64,000 nt of DNA from positions 20,722-84,721 of the forward strand of contig CAIOAT010000004.1 in the NCBI GenBank assembly GCA_903856085.1, read 5' to 3'. The notes beneath the pieces are model-generated. The model searched no databases. It saw only the letters and a program-made list of their open reading frames with translations, and was not told the DNA's origin. This stretch comes from Candidatus Omnitrophota bacterium (GTDB lineage Bacteria; Omnitrophota; Omnitrophia; Omnitrophales; Aquincolibacteriaceae). Of the stretch, positions 20,197 to 32,436 are shown piece by piece (the stretch's first letter is position 1; every line of letters starts with the position of its first letter). Position numbers and translations under genes: made by a program.

Positions 20197-20922
20197 ATGA
20201 CGTCTCAGATCAAAAAAAACACTTGGTTTCTGTTCGGGATTTTCTCTCTCTCAGGGCTCCTTCTCGCGGGTACGGCCTATTTTGAATGGGGCCGGTATTT
20301 TCTTAGCGTTTTGTGGAGCCGGCCGTTCCTGACGCTTCTCAAGGTGCTCTTGATCGGGGCGTTCGCTTTGTGGGTCCTGAAGCGGATCACGCTTAAATTT
20401 CTGCCACAACGGTGGCTCAAATGGGTCTATGGGATCTTTTTTCTTCCGGTCCTGCTTTTACCCCTCTTCCGATGTTATTTCAAAGTGCCCTATGTTTTCT
20501 GCCGCGCTTGTCCGAACAAATGTCCTTGGGGGATCGTGCGAAGCGTTGTGTTTCCCGCGTTTCTCCTTCTGAACCTTTCGAATCGCTTCTGGTGCGCTGC
20601 CCTTTGTCCTTTCGGGACATTCCAGGAATGCCAGGCTCAAATTTCTCCCAAGCGCTTCAAGCTTCCTTCAGGGATTGAACTTTTTGCTTACGTCGTCTTA
20701 CTCCTGGTGACCGGTATGTATCTTTTGACCCTGTTCGGAACTCCCTGGGTGAAATTTTTTGAAATGGGGCGCTACACCTGGGTCGAAGTGTCGGTGTGGG
20801 TGGCAGTCGTGATCCTGGCAGCGGCTTTTTTCATTCCGAAGTTCTGGTGCCGGTATTTCTGTCCCGTGGGGACGATCGACGAGGTGATCTCGAGTTTCCG
20901 GCGTTCTAAGTCAGCATCATAA
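20197..20922 (+). CDS. 4Fe-4S binding domain membrane protein (polyferredoxin-like)
   Basis: Multiple TM helices plus Cys clusters CRACPNKCPWG, CAALCPFGTFQEC, CRYFCPVGT. Confidence 0.55.
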   Translation: MTSQIKKNTWFLFGIFSLSGLLLAGTAYFEWGRYFLSVLWSRPFLTLLKVLLIGAFALWVLKRITLKFLPQRWLKWVYGIFFLPVLLLPLFRCYFKVPYVFCRACPNKCPWGIVRSVVFPAFLLLNLSNRFWCAALCPFGTFQECQAQISPKRFKLPSGIELFAYVVLLLVTGMYLLTLFGTPWVKFFEMGRYTWVEVSVWVAVVILAAAFFIPKFWCRYFCPVGTIDEVISSFRRSKSAS

Positions 20923-20950
20923 AGAATCTGTTTAATCGCTCGTGTTTTAG

Positions 20951-22231
20951 GTGGATTTGCTCTATACTGCATCCACTATGCCTCTAACAACGCCCTCATT
21001 AGCGCAGCCGACCCCCGCAAGTTTCTACGGATTGGGCATCGCTCCGCATATTTTAGAAACTCTTACGAAAATGAAATTCCATACGCCCACGCCTATTCAG
21101 CAGAAGGCTATTCCGCTTGCTGTTGCGGGGCAGGATGTGATCGGTGTTGCGCAGACTGGGACCGGGAAGACCCTGGCGTTCGGGATTCCCATGATCCAAC
21201 GCCTTGCGCAGAGCAAAGGCCGAGGGTTGATCCTTATTCCGACCCGAGAACTGGCCTATCAGGTCCATCAGAGCATTCATAAACTCGATCCCAAGCTCAA
21301 ATTCGCCATCCTGATTGGCGGTGCTTCCATGCATAACCAGATCCAGGAGCTTCGCCAGCATCCGCGCATCCTGATCGCCACACCGGGTCGTCTGATCGAT
21401 CACATGGAACAGCGCTATGTTTTCCTGAATGAGATCAGCATTCTCGTGCTCGACGAGGCGGATCGCATGCTCGATATGGGATTCGCGCCGCAGATCCAGA
21501 AGATCCTGCGCGTTATTCCCAAGGAGCGCCAGACCATGCTTTTTTCGGCAACCATGCCGGAAGCCATCATGAAGATCGCGACCTCCCAGATGAAATTACC
21601 TGTCCATATCGAGATCGCAAGGTCAGGGACCGTCGCAGAGAAGATCACGCAGGAAGTCTTTGTCGTGAAAAAGGAAGCCAAGAGAGATCTTCTTAAGAAA
21701 GTCCTGGTGCAGTATCACGGGACCATTCTTATCTTTTCAAGGACCAAGATCGGCGCTTACAAGATCACTCGCGCGATCCGTGAGATGGGGCAAAATGCCG
21801 CTGAGATCCATGCCGACCGTTCCCTCGCGCAGAGGCGCGAGGCCCTGGAAGGTTTTAAGTCCGGGAAATACCGCATCCTCGTGGCGACCGATATCGCGGC
21901 GCGCGGCATTGATGTGAAGGGGATCGAATTGGTGCTGAATTATGATCTTCCGGATGACTCCGAGAATTACATCCATCGCATCGGCCGTACGGGCCGTATC
22001 GGTGACACAGGGCACGCGATTTCCTTCGCGACGCCGGATCAAGGGAAGGATCTCAAAGACATTGAAAAGCTTATGCGTATGGCGATCCCAGTTTCGGAAC
22101 ACCCCGAAATGCCCCTCGAAAACCTCATCGAACACAAGCCCATGAAGGTCGCTTCTTTCGGCGGCCGTCGTTTCGGCCGGGGCGGCCGCTCCCGCGGCTA
22201 CATCGCTCCCGCTTTCCGCAAGTCGCGTTAA
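20951..22231 (+). CDS. DEAD-box ATP-dependent RNA helicase
   Basis: Q-motif, motif I AQTGTGKT, motif II DEAD, motif III SAT, motif VI HRIGRTGR, and a basic C-terminal tail. The true start may be a downstream ATG (about 20978). Confidence 0.85.
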   Translation: MDLLYTASTMPLTTPSLAQPTPASFYGLGIAPHILETLTKMKFHTPTPIQQKAIPLAVAGQDVIGVAQTGTGKTLAFGIPMIQRLAQSKGRGLILIPTRELAYQVHQSIHKLDPKLKFAILIGGASMHNQIQELRQHPRILIATPGRLIDHMEQRYVFLNEISILVLDEADRMLDMGFAPQIQKILRVIPKERQTMLFSATMPEAIMKIATSQMKLPVHIEIARSGTVAEKITQEVFVVKKEAKRDLLKKVLVQYHGTILIFSRTKIGAYKITRAIREMGQNAAEIHADRSLAQRREALEGFKSGKYRILVATDIAARGIDVKGIELVLNYDLPDDSENYIHRIGRTGRIGDTGHAISFATPDQGKDLKDIEKLMRMAIPVSEHPEMPLENLIEHKPMKVASFGGRRFGRGGRSRGYIAPAFRKSR

Positions 22232-22294
22232 TTTCCTCCATCAGCTGTTTCTTCACCGTTTCTCTTCCTCAAAGTTCAGGCTTTTTTGTTTGAT

Positions 22295-22340
22295 TCCAGC
22301 ACGGGGAAGGAGTAATCTTTTCGTGGGCCTGAGGGATTTG
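22295..22340. repeat. GC-rich intergenic repeat family, copy E (ACGGGGAAGGAG..TCTTTTCGTGGG)
   Basis: Shares the 12-mer ACGGGGAAGGAG with copy A and TCTTTTCGT with copy B. Confidence 0.35.
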
Positions 22341-22431
22341 ACATGGCGCTACCGTTTTCAAGAGGCACCTTTAAATTGAAAACGAGGACAGCCATGATGA
22401 AACGGTTGTTTTTTAATTAAGGAGAATTAGG

Positions 22432-22758
22432 GTGGAGTCATCCATGAAAGAAGAGGTCGAGACAAATATTTCGGTGGATGTCTTTTCGGTATCCGCGGCG
22501 ATGGTCGGTGTTTGCCTGACCGTGATTCAGCTGATCCAGATGAACGGAACTCAGAGGGCCAACACGATTGTCGATGATATCCTAGCTCTTGATTCCATAG
22601 TGTTTATGATAGCCTGCGTATCTTCCTTTCTTGCCCTTAAAAGCAAAAGGCATTCCAAGAGGAAGAAAATATTGGAAAATATCGGCGACGGCTCTTTTCT
22701 GCTCGCTATTTCTACAATGGTTGTGGCGATCACGCTTGTGGTGTATACGCTCTTTTGA
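22432..22758 (+). CDS. hypothetical small membrane protein
   Basis: 108 aa with three hydrophobic segments. No motif recognised. Confidence 0.35.
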   Translation: MESSMKEEVETNISVDVFSVSAAMVGVCLTVIQLIQMNGTQRANTIVDDILALDSIVFMIACVSSFLALKSKRHSKRKKILENIGDGSFLLAISTMVVAITLVVYTLF

Positions 22759-22873
22759 CCGCGTTTTCGCCCAGGTCATCCTTTATGGAAAAAGTTTGGA
22801 CTGGCATGATTGCTTTTATATTTTTAGGTAGATGGATTATGAAGGGATCCTTTGATGAAACCGGAGAAATGCG

Positions 22874-23239
22874 ATGAAAAAAAACATTTTCGTGATCGAT
22901 GACGATCCTCTCGCTCTCAAAATGATCATGGCGGTTCTAAAAGCAGAAGGCCATGAGGTCCAGGCGTTTTCGGAATTTGAAAGCCTGCTTCAGGCGCTCC
23001 AACGGTCGCTTCCGGATCTTGTTATGACCGACGTCGTGATGCCGAAGGTTTCCGGGTTTGACGTTTGCCGCAGAATCAAAGAAATTCAGCCCCATTCGCC
23101 GCAGGTGATCGTCATGACCGGGAAACTCGACGCGGTTGACCCCATTTTGGCCCGCAAGATGGGGGCCGATGATTTCGTAGTGAAGACCTCGGATATGACC
23201 GTTCTGGTCCAAGCGGTGCGAAAGATCTTCTCAGAGTAA
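22874..23239 (+). CDS. single-domain response regulator (receiver)
   Basis: VIDDDPLAL, phospho-acceptor D in MTDVVMPKVSGFD, K in VVKTSD. Confidence 0.7.
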   Translation: MKKNIFVIDDDPLALKMIMAVLKAEGHEVQAFSEFESLLQALQRSLPDLVMTDVVMPKVSGFDVCRRIKEIQPHSPQVIVMTGKLDAVDPILARKMGADDFVVKTSDMTVLVQAVRKIFSE

Positions 23240-23392
23240 GATTCCTCGTGAGAGGCAGATCTCTTGCTTTCGCCTGTTTCTGAAGCCAATGGACCCAAGT
23301 TTCTTGTAGACGAAAAGGTCCTGACTCGGGAACAGCTGGGCCAGGCCCTTTAGAAGCGGGATGAATAGAAATCTTGCATTATTGCAGGGCAT

Positions 23393-23432
23393 AAAAAAAG
23401 CCGGCTCCCCGCGAAGGGAACCGGCTTTTTTT
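23393..23432. terminator. bidirectional rho-independent terminator (A-run, GCCGGCTCCC..GGGAACCGGC, T-run)
   Basis: Hairpin flanked by an A-run and a T-run, between the convergent receiver (+) and groEL (-) genes. Confidence 0.55.
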
Positions 23433-23449
23433 GCTAGAGCGTTCTTTAA

Positions 23450-25078
23450 TTACTCGATGCTGCCCGAGTAGTTCGAGGATTTTTTCTTATCCTCTTCTTT
23501 TTTCTCTTTGGGTTTATCCGCGATCACGCACTCGGTGGTGAGAATGAGGCCCGCGATACTGCAGGCGTTCTCCACCGCGATACGGACGACCTTGGCCGGG
23601 TCAATGACCTTGGCCTTAACAAGGTCCTCAAATTCGCAGGTCAGCGCGTTGAATCCGAAGTCCCCTTTGTTTTCAAGGATCTTCTTCACGACGACTGATC
23701 CGTCGGCCCCGGCATTGTGGGCGATCTTACGGGCCGGTTCCTGTAGCGCCCGGCGAACGATCTGAACGCCTGTGGCTTCATCGCCCGACGCTTTAACGTC
23801 ATCAAGCGATGCGATGGAGCGCAGAAGTGCCACGCCGCCGCCTGGGACGATGCCTTCGTCGATGGCCGCGCGGGTTGCATGAAGCGCGTCCTCGATGCGG
23901 GCTTTCATTTCTTTCATTTCCACTTCCGTTGCTGCGCCGACCTTCACAACGGCCACGCCGCCGGAAAGTTTCGCAAGTCGTTCCTGGAGCTTTTCTTTAT
24001 CGTAATCCGAGTCCGACCGTTCGATCTCGGCTTTGATCTGATCACAACGGGACTTGATATCTTTCTGGGTTCCCGCGCTTCCCACGATCGTGGTGTTATC
24101 CTTATCGATCACCACGCGCTGGGCTGTGCCGAGCATTTCGAGGTCGACATTTTCGAGTTTTACGCCGAGATCTTCTGAAATGAACTTGCCCTTGGTGATG
24201 ATCGCAATATCTTCCATCAAGGCTTTGCGCCGGTCCCCGAATCCGGGAGCCTTTACGGCTGCGATCTGGAGCACGCCGCGGATCTTGTTGACCACGAGTG
24301 TCGCAAGAGCTTCGCCTTCAATGTCTTCCGAGATGATGAGCAGGGGCTTGCCGAGGCGCGCCACTTTCTCAAGCACTGGGACGAGGTCCTTTACGGCACT
24401 GACTTTTTTCTCGTAAAGAAGGATGTAAGGTTCTTTCAAGACCACTTCCATCCGCTCAGCGTCGGTCACAAAATAAGGCGACAAGTAGCCGCGGTCGAAT
24501 TGCATCCCCTCAACCACGTCCAGTTCGGTCTTGAGACCTTTCGCTTCTTCGACCGTGATCACGCCTTCTTTGCCGACCTTTTCTAGAGCATCCGCCAGAA
24601 GCTGACCGATCGATTGGTCGTTATTGGCGCTGATGGCGCCGACGGCCGTGATGTCCTCTTTGCCTTTGACGGCCTTGGACATTTTCTTGATCGTGTCGAC
24701 GATCTTCGCGGAGGCTCTATCAATACCGCGCTTCAAGGCCATAGGATTGGCACCGGCGGTGACGTTCTTTAAACCCTCGGAAACGATAGCCTGAGCCAGG
24801 ACCGTCGCGGTCGTGGTTCCGTCTCCAGCGTTATCCGAAGTCTTTTCCGCGACTTCCCGGACCATTTGGGCGCCCATATTCTCATACGGGTCCTTCAGGT
24901 CGATCTCTTTGGCGACCGTGACACCGTCTTTGGTCACAAGGGGTGCGCCGAATTTCTTATCGATCACAACATTGCGGCCGCGGGGACCGAGCGTGACGCT
25001 GACAGCCCTTGCGAGGATGTCGACGCCGCGTTTGATCCGCTGGCGCGCTTCTTCCGAGTAGGAAATCAATTTTGCCAT
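23450..25078 (-). CDS. groEL: chaperonin GroEL paralogue (distal copy; lacks the GGM tail and ends in a Lys/Glu-rich tail)
   Basis: Full-length Cpn60: [17 protein letters not shown], etc. C-terminus is [21 protein letters not shown] instead of GGM repeats. Confidence 0.9.
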   Translation of the reverse strand: MAKLISYSEEARQRIKRGVDILARAVSVTLGPRGRNVVIDKKFGAPLVTKDGVTVAKEIDLKDPYENMGAQMVREVAEKTSDNAGDGTTTATVLAQAIVSEGLKNVTAGANPMALKRGIDRASAKIVDTIKKMSKAVKGKEDITAVGAISANNDQSIGQLLADALEKVGKEGVITVEEAKGLKTELDVVEGMQFDRGYLSPYFVTDAERMEVVLKEPYILLYEKKVSAVKDLVPVLEKVARLGKPLLIISEDIEGEALATLVVNKIRGVLQIAAVKAPGFGDRRKALMEDIAIITKGKFISEDLGVKLENVDLEMLGTAQRVVIDKDNTTIVGSAGTQKDIKSRCDQIKAEIERSDSDYDKEKLQERLAKLSGGVAVVKVGAATEVEMKEMKARIEDALHATRAAIDEGIVPGGGVALLRSIASLDDVKASGDEATGVQIVRRALQEPARKIAHNAGADGSVVVKKILENKGDFGFNALTCEFEDLVKAKVIDPAKVVRIAVENACSIAGLILTTECVIADKPKEKKEEDKKKSSNYSGSIE

Positions 25079-25082
25079 GGGG

Positions 25083-25376
25083 TTACTCCTTCTCGTAAAC
25101 GGCGAGAATTTCGCTCTCTTTGACGATCTTGTGCTTGACGCCGTCGATCATGAGATCGTCGCCGGAATATTTTCCAAACAGCACGCGATCGCCTTTTTTA
25201 ACTTCAATGGCCTGGATCTTGCCGGATTCGAGCACTTTGCCCGCGCCGACTGCGATGACCTTGCCCTCAGTCTTTTCTTCTTTTGCGGTGTCCGGGAGGA
25301 TGATGCCGCCCTTGGTTTTTGCTTCCGCTTCAAGAACTTCTACCAGCACTCGGTCTGCTAACGGTCTGACTTTCAT
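25083..25376 (-). CDS. groES: co-chaperonin GroES
   Basis: 97-aa Cpn10 ([12 protein letters not shown], mobile loop, GDRVLFGKY). 4-nt gap to the downstream groEL. Confidence 0.9.
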   Translation of the reverse strand: MKVRPLADRVLVEVLEAEAKTKGGIILPDTAKEEKTEGKVIAVGAGKVLESGKIQAIEVKKGDRVLFGKYSGDDLMIDGVKHKIVKESEILAVYEKE

Positions 25377-25424
25377 TTTATTTCTCCTTCGTTAATTTTT
25401 GACGTTTAGTTTAATTTCGAATCT

Positions 25425-27113
<1,689 letters not shown>

Positions 27114-27144
27114 TTAGGTGTTTCGAATGAAATGCGTTGCGGTT

Positions 27145-27171
27145 CTGGCACTCAGCAATTTTGAGTGCCAG
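27145..27171. promoter_or_regulatory. CIRCE-like HrcA operator (CTGGCACTC-N9-GAGTGCCAG)
   Basis: 9-bp inverted repeat with a 9-nt spacer. The GCACTC/GAGTGC cores match the CIRCE consensus TTAGCACTC-N9-GAGTGCTAA. Located in the leader of the first groEL. Confidence 0.6.
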
Positions 27172-27276
27172 GTGAGGCGCTATTGTATTCGGCGGGCTCA
27201 AAAAATCAAGAGGAATTTCTTAAAACAATTTTGAAGCAAGGAATAAGGTATACGGCAGGAGCGTAATTCCTTCGTG

Positions 27277-28029
27277 CTACTTTCTACTGCGCCAGAGAGC
27301 GAGGAGAGCTTTGATAGAATGTTTTGGGTCGATGGCATCAATGTTCTTTGTATAGGGGTGGATAACCTCGGCGAAACCGCCGGTTGCCAGGACGCGAAGG
27401 TTTTTCCCGTACCTCTTGCGGAACCTCATGATCAGCTCATCGGTCATGGCGCCATAGCCTTCCAGGATACCTGACTCCATACATTCACGGGCGTTCCTCC
27501 CGAGGAAGGATTTTGATTTCCTCGGCATGGAAAGTCCCTTGGGAAGCAGGGCCGCCCGCTGACTCAATGCTCTATAGGCTGTTTCAGGCCCCGGGATGAT
27601 CATTCCTCCCTGGAAGACTCCTTTGGAGTCTATAAGGTCAAAAGTGATAGCTGTGCCGTAGTCGATAACGAGCATAGGGAGGCGATACATGAGGACAGCT
27701 CCATAAATATTCACCTTTCGATCACATCCTAAACTGCTTAAATAATTATACTTATGACGTATTTTTATGGGTAAATTGTCTCCGACTATCCACATTTTAA
27801 TGTTCTTGGTTCTTTGAAATTTATGCTTCAAGAAACTAGTCATTTTAGGGAATACAGAGCTTAAAACGACGTCTAAATGAGAATCCCTACCATTTTTAGA
27901 TAGTTTAAGTATATATTTAGGGATATCGTCATAATACATAGATCCAAAATCAATCAGACGACCCCCCTCGTAAAACCCAGTCGTGGCTGCCGTGTTCCCG
28001 ATATCTACGGCTAATATCCGCTTGACCAT
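27277..28029 (-). CDS. coaX: type III pantothenate kinase
   Basis: N-terminal ILAVDIGNT actin-fold phosphate-1 motif. GG..PG motif FQGGMIIPG. 250 aa. Confidence 0.8.
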   Translation of the reverse strand: MVKRILAVDIGNTAATTGFYEGGRLIDFGSMYYDDIPKYILKLSKNGRDSHLDVVLSSVFPKMTSFLKHKFQRTKNIKMWIVGDNLPIKIRHKYNYLSSLGCDRKVNIYGAVLMYRLPMLVIDYGTAITFDLIDSKGVFQGGMIIPGPETAYRALSQRAALLPKGLSMPRKSKSFLGRNARECMESGILEGYGAMTDELIMRFRKRYGKNLRVLATGGFAEVIHPYTKNIDAIDPKHSIKALLALWRSRK

Positions 28030-28135
28030 GTTTCTCCGTTTCTTTGAACTCGCATATGAGATATAACATTAAAACGAATCGATTTACCACTTAGAAGATT
28101 AAAAACAGATAATTTTGGGATGATGATAGATATAT

Positions 28136-28681
28136 TCAACTGTTTTTGTATAATTCACTACATTTATGACCTAATTCATTCAAAATATGACCAAGGATCT
28201 CATCGATCCTATATTCCATCATCTTCAGGAGCATCATAGAGATTCCCTCAGGGGGAAGCTCCGAGGTTCCTGCGTTCACATTCAAGCCGATTCCGATGAC
28301 TACGGCCTCCAACTCGGATGAGGAGGAATAAGCTTCGACCAAGGTGCCGCAGATCTTCTGTGAACCAACCATGACGTCGTTTGGCCGCTTGAACTCTGAG
28401 GCGATATCATACTGCTCTTTCAAGACCTTGGCAACCGCACGGCAAGCGATCTGAGTGAGCATGGGGGCTTTGGCCGGGCTAAGGGGTGGTCTCAGGAGGA
28501 TCGAACAGAGCAGGTTCTTTCCGACAGGAGAAAGCCACTGGCGTCCGGGCTTTCCGCGTCCTGCGGTTTGATGGTCCGAGGTGATCACAAGCCCTTCCGG
28601 GGCGCCTTGCCTTGCCGCTTCCAGGGCAACGGTATTGGTCGACGCAACCTCGGGGATATGGCGAATTTTAAATTGGATCAT
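28136..28681 (-). CDS. birA: biotin--[acetyl-CoA-carboxylase] ligase (group I, catalytic domain only)
   Basis: GRGRxGRxW motif as TAGRGKPGRQWLSP. 181 aa. Sits in the classic birA-coaX arrangement. Confidence 0.65.
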   Translation of the reverse strand: MIQFKIRHIPEVASTNTVALEAARQGAPEGLVITSDHQTAGRGKPGRQWLSPVGKNLLCSILLRPPLSPAKAPMLTQIACRAVAKVLKEQYDIASEFKRPNDVMVGSQKICGTLVEAYSSSSELEAVVIGIGLNVNAGTSELPPEGISMMLLKMMEYRIDEILGHILNELGHKCSELYKNS

Positions 28682-28719
28682 GGTTTTAAGCTTGCATCAC
28701 ACTGCGCCAGCGTGAATGG

Positions 28720-29853
28720 TTATTGGATAACAATTCTTGGTAGATGGGAATTCAGACGCGTGACGATCTCATAAGGGATGGTCCCAGCCCACCCGGCGAT
28801 ATCTTCAGCCGTGATGCGCTCCATTTGATCTTCGCCAAGGAGCGTGACTGTATCGCCTTCTTTGGCTTCGGTATTTCCGAGGTTCACCGCGATATAATCC
28901 ATGGAAACCTTACCTGCGAGGGAATAGCGCTTGCCTTTAAAAAGAACGGAAGCGTTTTTCCACGCCGCGTAAGGATAACCATGACTGTACCCGAAAGGCA
29001 ACACAGCGATCGTGGTGTCATGTTCGGAGATGAATTCGCGGCCGTATCCGACCGATTCTCCGGCGCGGACTTTTTTGACAAGAACGATACGGCTTTTGAG
29101 TGAAAGTACCGGCTCGAACTGAGCCGTCTCTTTCAATCCAGGGTCCGGATAGATGCCATAAAGCGTGAGGCCTGGCCGGATCATGTTGAAGAGAGGATCC
29201 TTCAAGGTCAGCGTTGCGGCGCTGTTTTTTGCATGGCGGAACCGGAACGCGATCTTCTTTTGTTCAAGCGTCTTTATCAAAGATCCGAACGCCAGAACCT
29301 GTGTTCTCCGGAAAGCATCATCCTTTTCCGCGGTCGGAAAATGCATGTAAATACCATCGAGCATAAGGCCTTTGAGCTTTGTCATTTCCTCTACAGAAAA
29401 AGCAGCCTCGCGGATCGGGATTCCCATGCGGCCCATGCCCGTGTCGATTTTCACATGCACTGAAGTTTTACGCCCCAGGTTTTCCGAGAGGTCCGAGATC
29501 TCCCGGGCTTTTTCGAGACTGGAAACGCTCAAAGTAATACCGCCCAAAAGTGCTGCCGGGAGTTCATGTGAGAACAAATGTCCGAAAAGAAAGACCGGGG
29601 TCTGAGGGTGATGTTCCTTGAGTTCCAGCGCTTCCCGTAAAGTAGCGACTCCGAAATAAGTAACTTTGCCAGCGAGGGCATTGGCGATCTCTTCGAGCCC
29701 GTGGCCGTAGGCATTCGCTTTGATGACCGCTAGGACATCCGTTTGTCCGGATCGTTTCCGAAGGGTCTGGAGATTTTTAAGAAGACGGTCCGTGCGGAGC
29801 TCGATCCACGAGCTGTGCTGGATCACGGATCTGTTTTGAGTGAGCTCAGCCAT
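28720..29853 (-). CDS. alr: alanine racemase
   Basis: PLP-Lys motif VIKANAYGHGL. Catalytic Tyr region near the C-terminus. 377 aa. Confidence 0.85.
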   Translation of the reverse strand: MAELTQNRSVIQHSSWIELRTDRLLKNLQTLRKRSGQTDVLAVIKANAYGHGLEEIANALAGKVTYFGVATLREALELKEHHPQTPVFLFGHLFSHELPAALLGGITLSVSSLEKAREISDLSENLGRKTSVHVKIDTGMGRMGIPIREAAFSVEEMTKLKGLMLDGIYMHFPTAEKDDAFRRTQVLAFGSLIKTLEQKKIAFRFRHAKNSAATLTLKDPLFNMIRPGLTLYGIYPDPGLKETAQFEPVLSLKSRIVLVKKVRAGESVGYGREFISEHDTTIAVLPFGYSHGYPYAAWKNASVLFKGKRYSLAGKVSMDYIAVNLGNTEAKEGDTVTLLGEDQMERITAEDIAGWAGTIPYEIVTRLNSHLPRIVIQ

Positions 29854-29921
29854 GATTCTCCTTAATTAAAAAAATAAAATAGAAATCATGACAGTCCTTG
29901 CCGACCATTCTGGAAATGAAA

Positions 29922-30614
29922 TTACAGGCAAGGGCCGGCATGTTTTTTATCCTTCAGCTTTTCTTCTGCTTCGGAACTTCTCAAGTAGAACGGTAAAAAT
30001 TCTTTGGGCCGTCGCAACTTTTTTAGAAGCGGGTTCTTTGTTTCAAATAATGCGATCAAAGTGGCAGCCCGTGGAATCCAGTTCTTTTCAGGTACGATGG
30101 AAAGATTTTTGGTAGCGAGTTTAGGGATCCCGTCACCGGCGATCCAACTCTCTCCGGGAAGTCCGGAGATCAAGTTGTCGATCGGTATGACGCGGGAGGG
30201 TCCTCTTGAGCGCCACCTTTTTTCATGATAAAGATACGAACGCGCATAAAGTTTACCACGCCTTGCGTCCAAACATACCGTGAGATTCGTATATCCCTGG
30301 GGTCTAATCCCGGCCGCGATCACGTCGAGGGAAAAAGCGCCATAGCAAGATTTGGAGCGGACTGCGAGGAAACCCTTGAGCGTGGCGAAACCGATGCGCA
30401 GTCCCGTGAAAGACCCAGGCCCTCGGCTGATCAGGAAGGCGTCAATATCCCCGATCTTCAGCCTTTCTTTTCTGAGGAGCCGGTCGATTGCCGGGAGAAG
30501 GTTCTCAGCGTGTTTCATGTAGCCTTTGATGGTCGCGTGGCGGAGCTTGGCCCCGCTCTTCTTGATCGCAACGCTCAGGACGGGACTGGAGGTCTCAATC
30601 GCTAGGAGATTCAT
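29922..30614 (-). CDS. tsaB: tRNA threonylcarbamoyladenosine biosynthesis protein TsaB (YeaZ)
   Basis: MNLLAIETSS..LSVAI start typical of TsaB. GPGSFTGLRIG motif. The ORF track extends to 30659, but the conserved start is the internal ATG at 30614. Confidence 0.7.
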   Translation of the reverse strand: MNLLAIETSSPVLSVAIKKSGAKLRHATIKGYMKHAENLLPAIDRLLRKERLKIGDIDAFLISRGPGSFTGLRIGFATLKGFLAVRSKSCYGAFSLDVIAAGIRPQGYTNLTVCLDARRGKLYARSYLYHEKRWRSRGPSRVIPIDNLISGLPGESWIAGDGIPKLATKNLSIVPEKNWIPRAATLIALFETKNPLLKKLRRPKEFLPFYLRSSEAEEKLKDKKHAGPCL

Positions 30615-30666
30615 AATGGGCGATATTGTATTCAAAAACCGGGAAAAGGGGAACCCCAAAGGGGCC

Positions 30667-30735
30667 TAGGCAAAATGCGGCGGGAAACGGGGAAGGAGAA
30701 TGGTGAACTAAAATTTTTTCGTTATCCGTTAGCAG
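30667..30735. repeat. GC-rich intergenic repeat family, copy A (CGGGAAACGGGGAAGGAG..TTCGTTATCCGTTAGC)
   Basis: Its 16-mer TTCGTTATCCGTTAGC differs at one position from copy B (TTCGTTACCCGTTAGC). Confidence 0.4.
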
Positions 30736-30755
30736 TTTTCCAGAAAAGCATTGAC

Positions 30756-30772
30756 ATACCCCCATGGGGTAT
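30756..30772. promoter_or_regulatory. CsoR-type operator: perfect inverted repeat ATACCCC-CAT-GGGGTAT overlapping a TTGACA -35 box
   Basis: 7-3-7 GC-rich palindrome immediately downstream of TTGACA (30751-30756), about 15 nt upstream of csoR. Resembles the B. subtilis CsoR copZA operator (TACCC..GGGTA). Confidence 0.55.
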
Positions 30773-30786
30773 GATAGGATTGGCGT

Positions 30787-31083
30787 ATGAAGAAAAAGAC
30801 GGGTATGAGCAAGGGAATGGACCATCAGGATAAGCTGGTATCGCTTCGGAGGATCGAAGGTCAGATCCGTGGCATCCACAAGATGATCGAGGACCGGCGT
30901 TACTGTGTGGACATCCTCTACGCCACCGGTGCAGCCATCGGGGCGCTCAGGAACGTGGAATCGAAGATCCTCAAGGACCATTTGAACGCCTGCGTGAAGA
31001 CCGCTTTTACCGGGAAGTCTCTAGCGGAAAAAAACCGGAAGATCCAGGAGATTTACGAGTTGCTCGAGCGTATTAAGAAATGA
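30787..31083 (+). CDS. csoR: CsoR/RcnR/FrmR family metal-sensing transcriptional repressor
   Basis: DUF156 core LRRIEGQIRGIHKMIEDRRYCVDILYATGAAIGAL with the conserved Cys and His positions. The start may be an internal ATG. Confidence 0.7.
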   Translation: MKKKTGMSKGMDHQDKLVSLRRIEGQIRGIHKMIEDRRYCVDILYATGAAIGALRNVESKILKDHLNACVKTAFTGKSLAEKNRKIQEIYELLERIKK

Positions 31084-31137
31084 ATTTTTAATAGATGCCG
31101 GGCGGGGTAGAATGAAATCTCAAAGGAGGGCCACGCG

Positions 31138-32436
31138 ATGAAAAGGATGTTCATAGCGATTTTGATTCTGGCAACTCCACTCTTTTTAATCGGTTCCGCT
31201 CGGGCGGAAGAGAAGCCTCAAATCCCCCCAATCTTGCGCTTACAAGACCTGATCCAGCAAGCCCTGGGAAAAAATCCCGAGATCGTGGCCGCGAAGGCCG
31301 AATGGCTTGCCTCCAAGAAAGCCATCATGGCGTCGTGGGCCCTTCCGGATCCCGTGGGCGGTTATGACATCATGGGCCCCATGGTTGAAACGATGACGGG
31401 CCCTCAAAAGAACCGTTTTGGGATCTCCCAAGAAGTTCCTTTTCCAGCTAAGCTTTGGGAAAAACGAAAGGCCGCTCAAGCGGAATCCGAAGCCACACGT
31501 GCACGCTTTGCTGCCATGGAAAGAGATATCACCAACAAACTCACCCAGCTTTACTATCAGCTTTACTATATTGATGCCTCCCTGGATACCCTTGCGGAAA
31601 TTAAAGAACTCCTGAAAAAAATCGAAGGGGTCGCGCAAGCGCGTTATTCCAATCTGTCGGGAAGCCAACGCGATGTTGCCAAAGCTGAGGCGGAATTTTC
31701 CATGAATCTGGAAAAATTTTATACGCTCGAACAGCAGCGTGAAAGCGTGGCCGCGCAGATGAATGCCCTCCTGGATCAGGATCCCATGACCGTGATTGGA
31801 AAGGCGACACTCCCGGGCAAGCCTGCCGTGAGCCGTTCGCTCGTTGAGCTGATCAATCTGGCGGTCCAGAACCGGGAAGAGATCAAGGCGGCGGAGGCCG
31901 TAGCCTCCCAAACACATTACGCAAAAAGATTAGCGCAATTGGCCTATCTCCCGGATGTGAACGTCGGGTTTGAATACACCCGAGTCGGGAAAGGTGCGAC
32001 CACGGAAGCCAATAACGGTAGGGACACTTGGATGTTCCCCTTGAGATTCAATATTCCGCTTTGGCAAAACCGCATTATTCCGGAGATCCAGGAAGCCCGG
32101 AAGCTTGAAGAAGTGCAAAATGCAAAATTGATCGCTGCGAAGAACCAGACTTTTTTTGAAGTGAAAGATGCTTACTACCGGTTCCAGTCTGCCGCCAAGA
32201 TCGCTGACCTTTATGCGGCGGCCATTATCCCGCAGGCGAAACTGGCACTTTCTGCGGACCAGGCCGGGTATGAGGGGAGCAAGGCTGGTTTTCTCGATCT
32301 TCTCGACAGTGAACGCGTGTATCTCAACGCCAAACTTTCTGGGATTCAATTTCAAGCCGAAACTCTCAAAGCCTACGCGGATCTCCTTTGGGCGACGGGT
32401 CTTGATCTCCAAGATATGGAAGGACAAAGGAAATGA
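31138..32436 (+). CDS. cusC: TolC-family outer membrane efflux protein (CusC/CzcC-like)
   Basis: Signal peptide. Two OEP repeats with characteristic heptads (LYYQLYYIDASLDTL, LLDSERVYLNAK). Confidence 0.75.
   Translation: MKRMFIAILILATPLFLIGSARAEEKPQIPPILRLQDLIQQALGKNPEIVAAKAEWLASKKAIMASWALPDPVGGYDIMGPMVETMTGPQKNRFGISQEVPFPAKLWEKRKAAQAESEATRARFAAMERDITNKLTQLYYQLYYIDASLDTLAEIKELLKKIEGVAQARYSNLSGSQRDVAKAEAEFSMNLEKFYTLEQQRESVAAQMNALLDQDPMTVIGKATLPGKPAVSRSLVELINLAVQNREEIKAAEAVASQTHYAKRLAQLAYLPDVNVGFEYTRVGKGATTEANNGRDTWMFPLRFNIPLWQNRIIPEIQEARKLEEVQNAKLIAAKNQTFFEVKDAYYRFQSAAKIADLYAAAIIPQAKLALSADQAGYEGSKAGFLDLLDSERVYLNAKLSGIQFQAETLKAYADLLWATGLDLQDMEGQRK

Noticed and set aside
30615-30659. Upstream 15-codon extension of tsaB in the ORF track
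   Set aside because: TsaB homologues begin at MxLLAIDTS. The extension overlaps the opposite-strand ORF region and lacks an RBS.
31240-31917. 225-aa minus-strand ORF inside cusC (also 33204..33737 inside cusB, 35684..36373 inside cusA, 41461..42249 inside glgA)
   Set aside because: These are antisense frames of well-supported genes with no start context or motifs.
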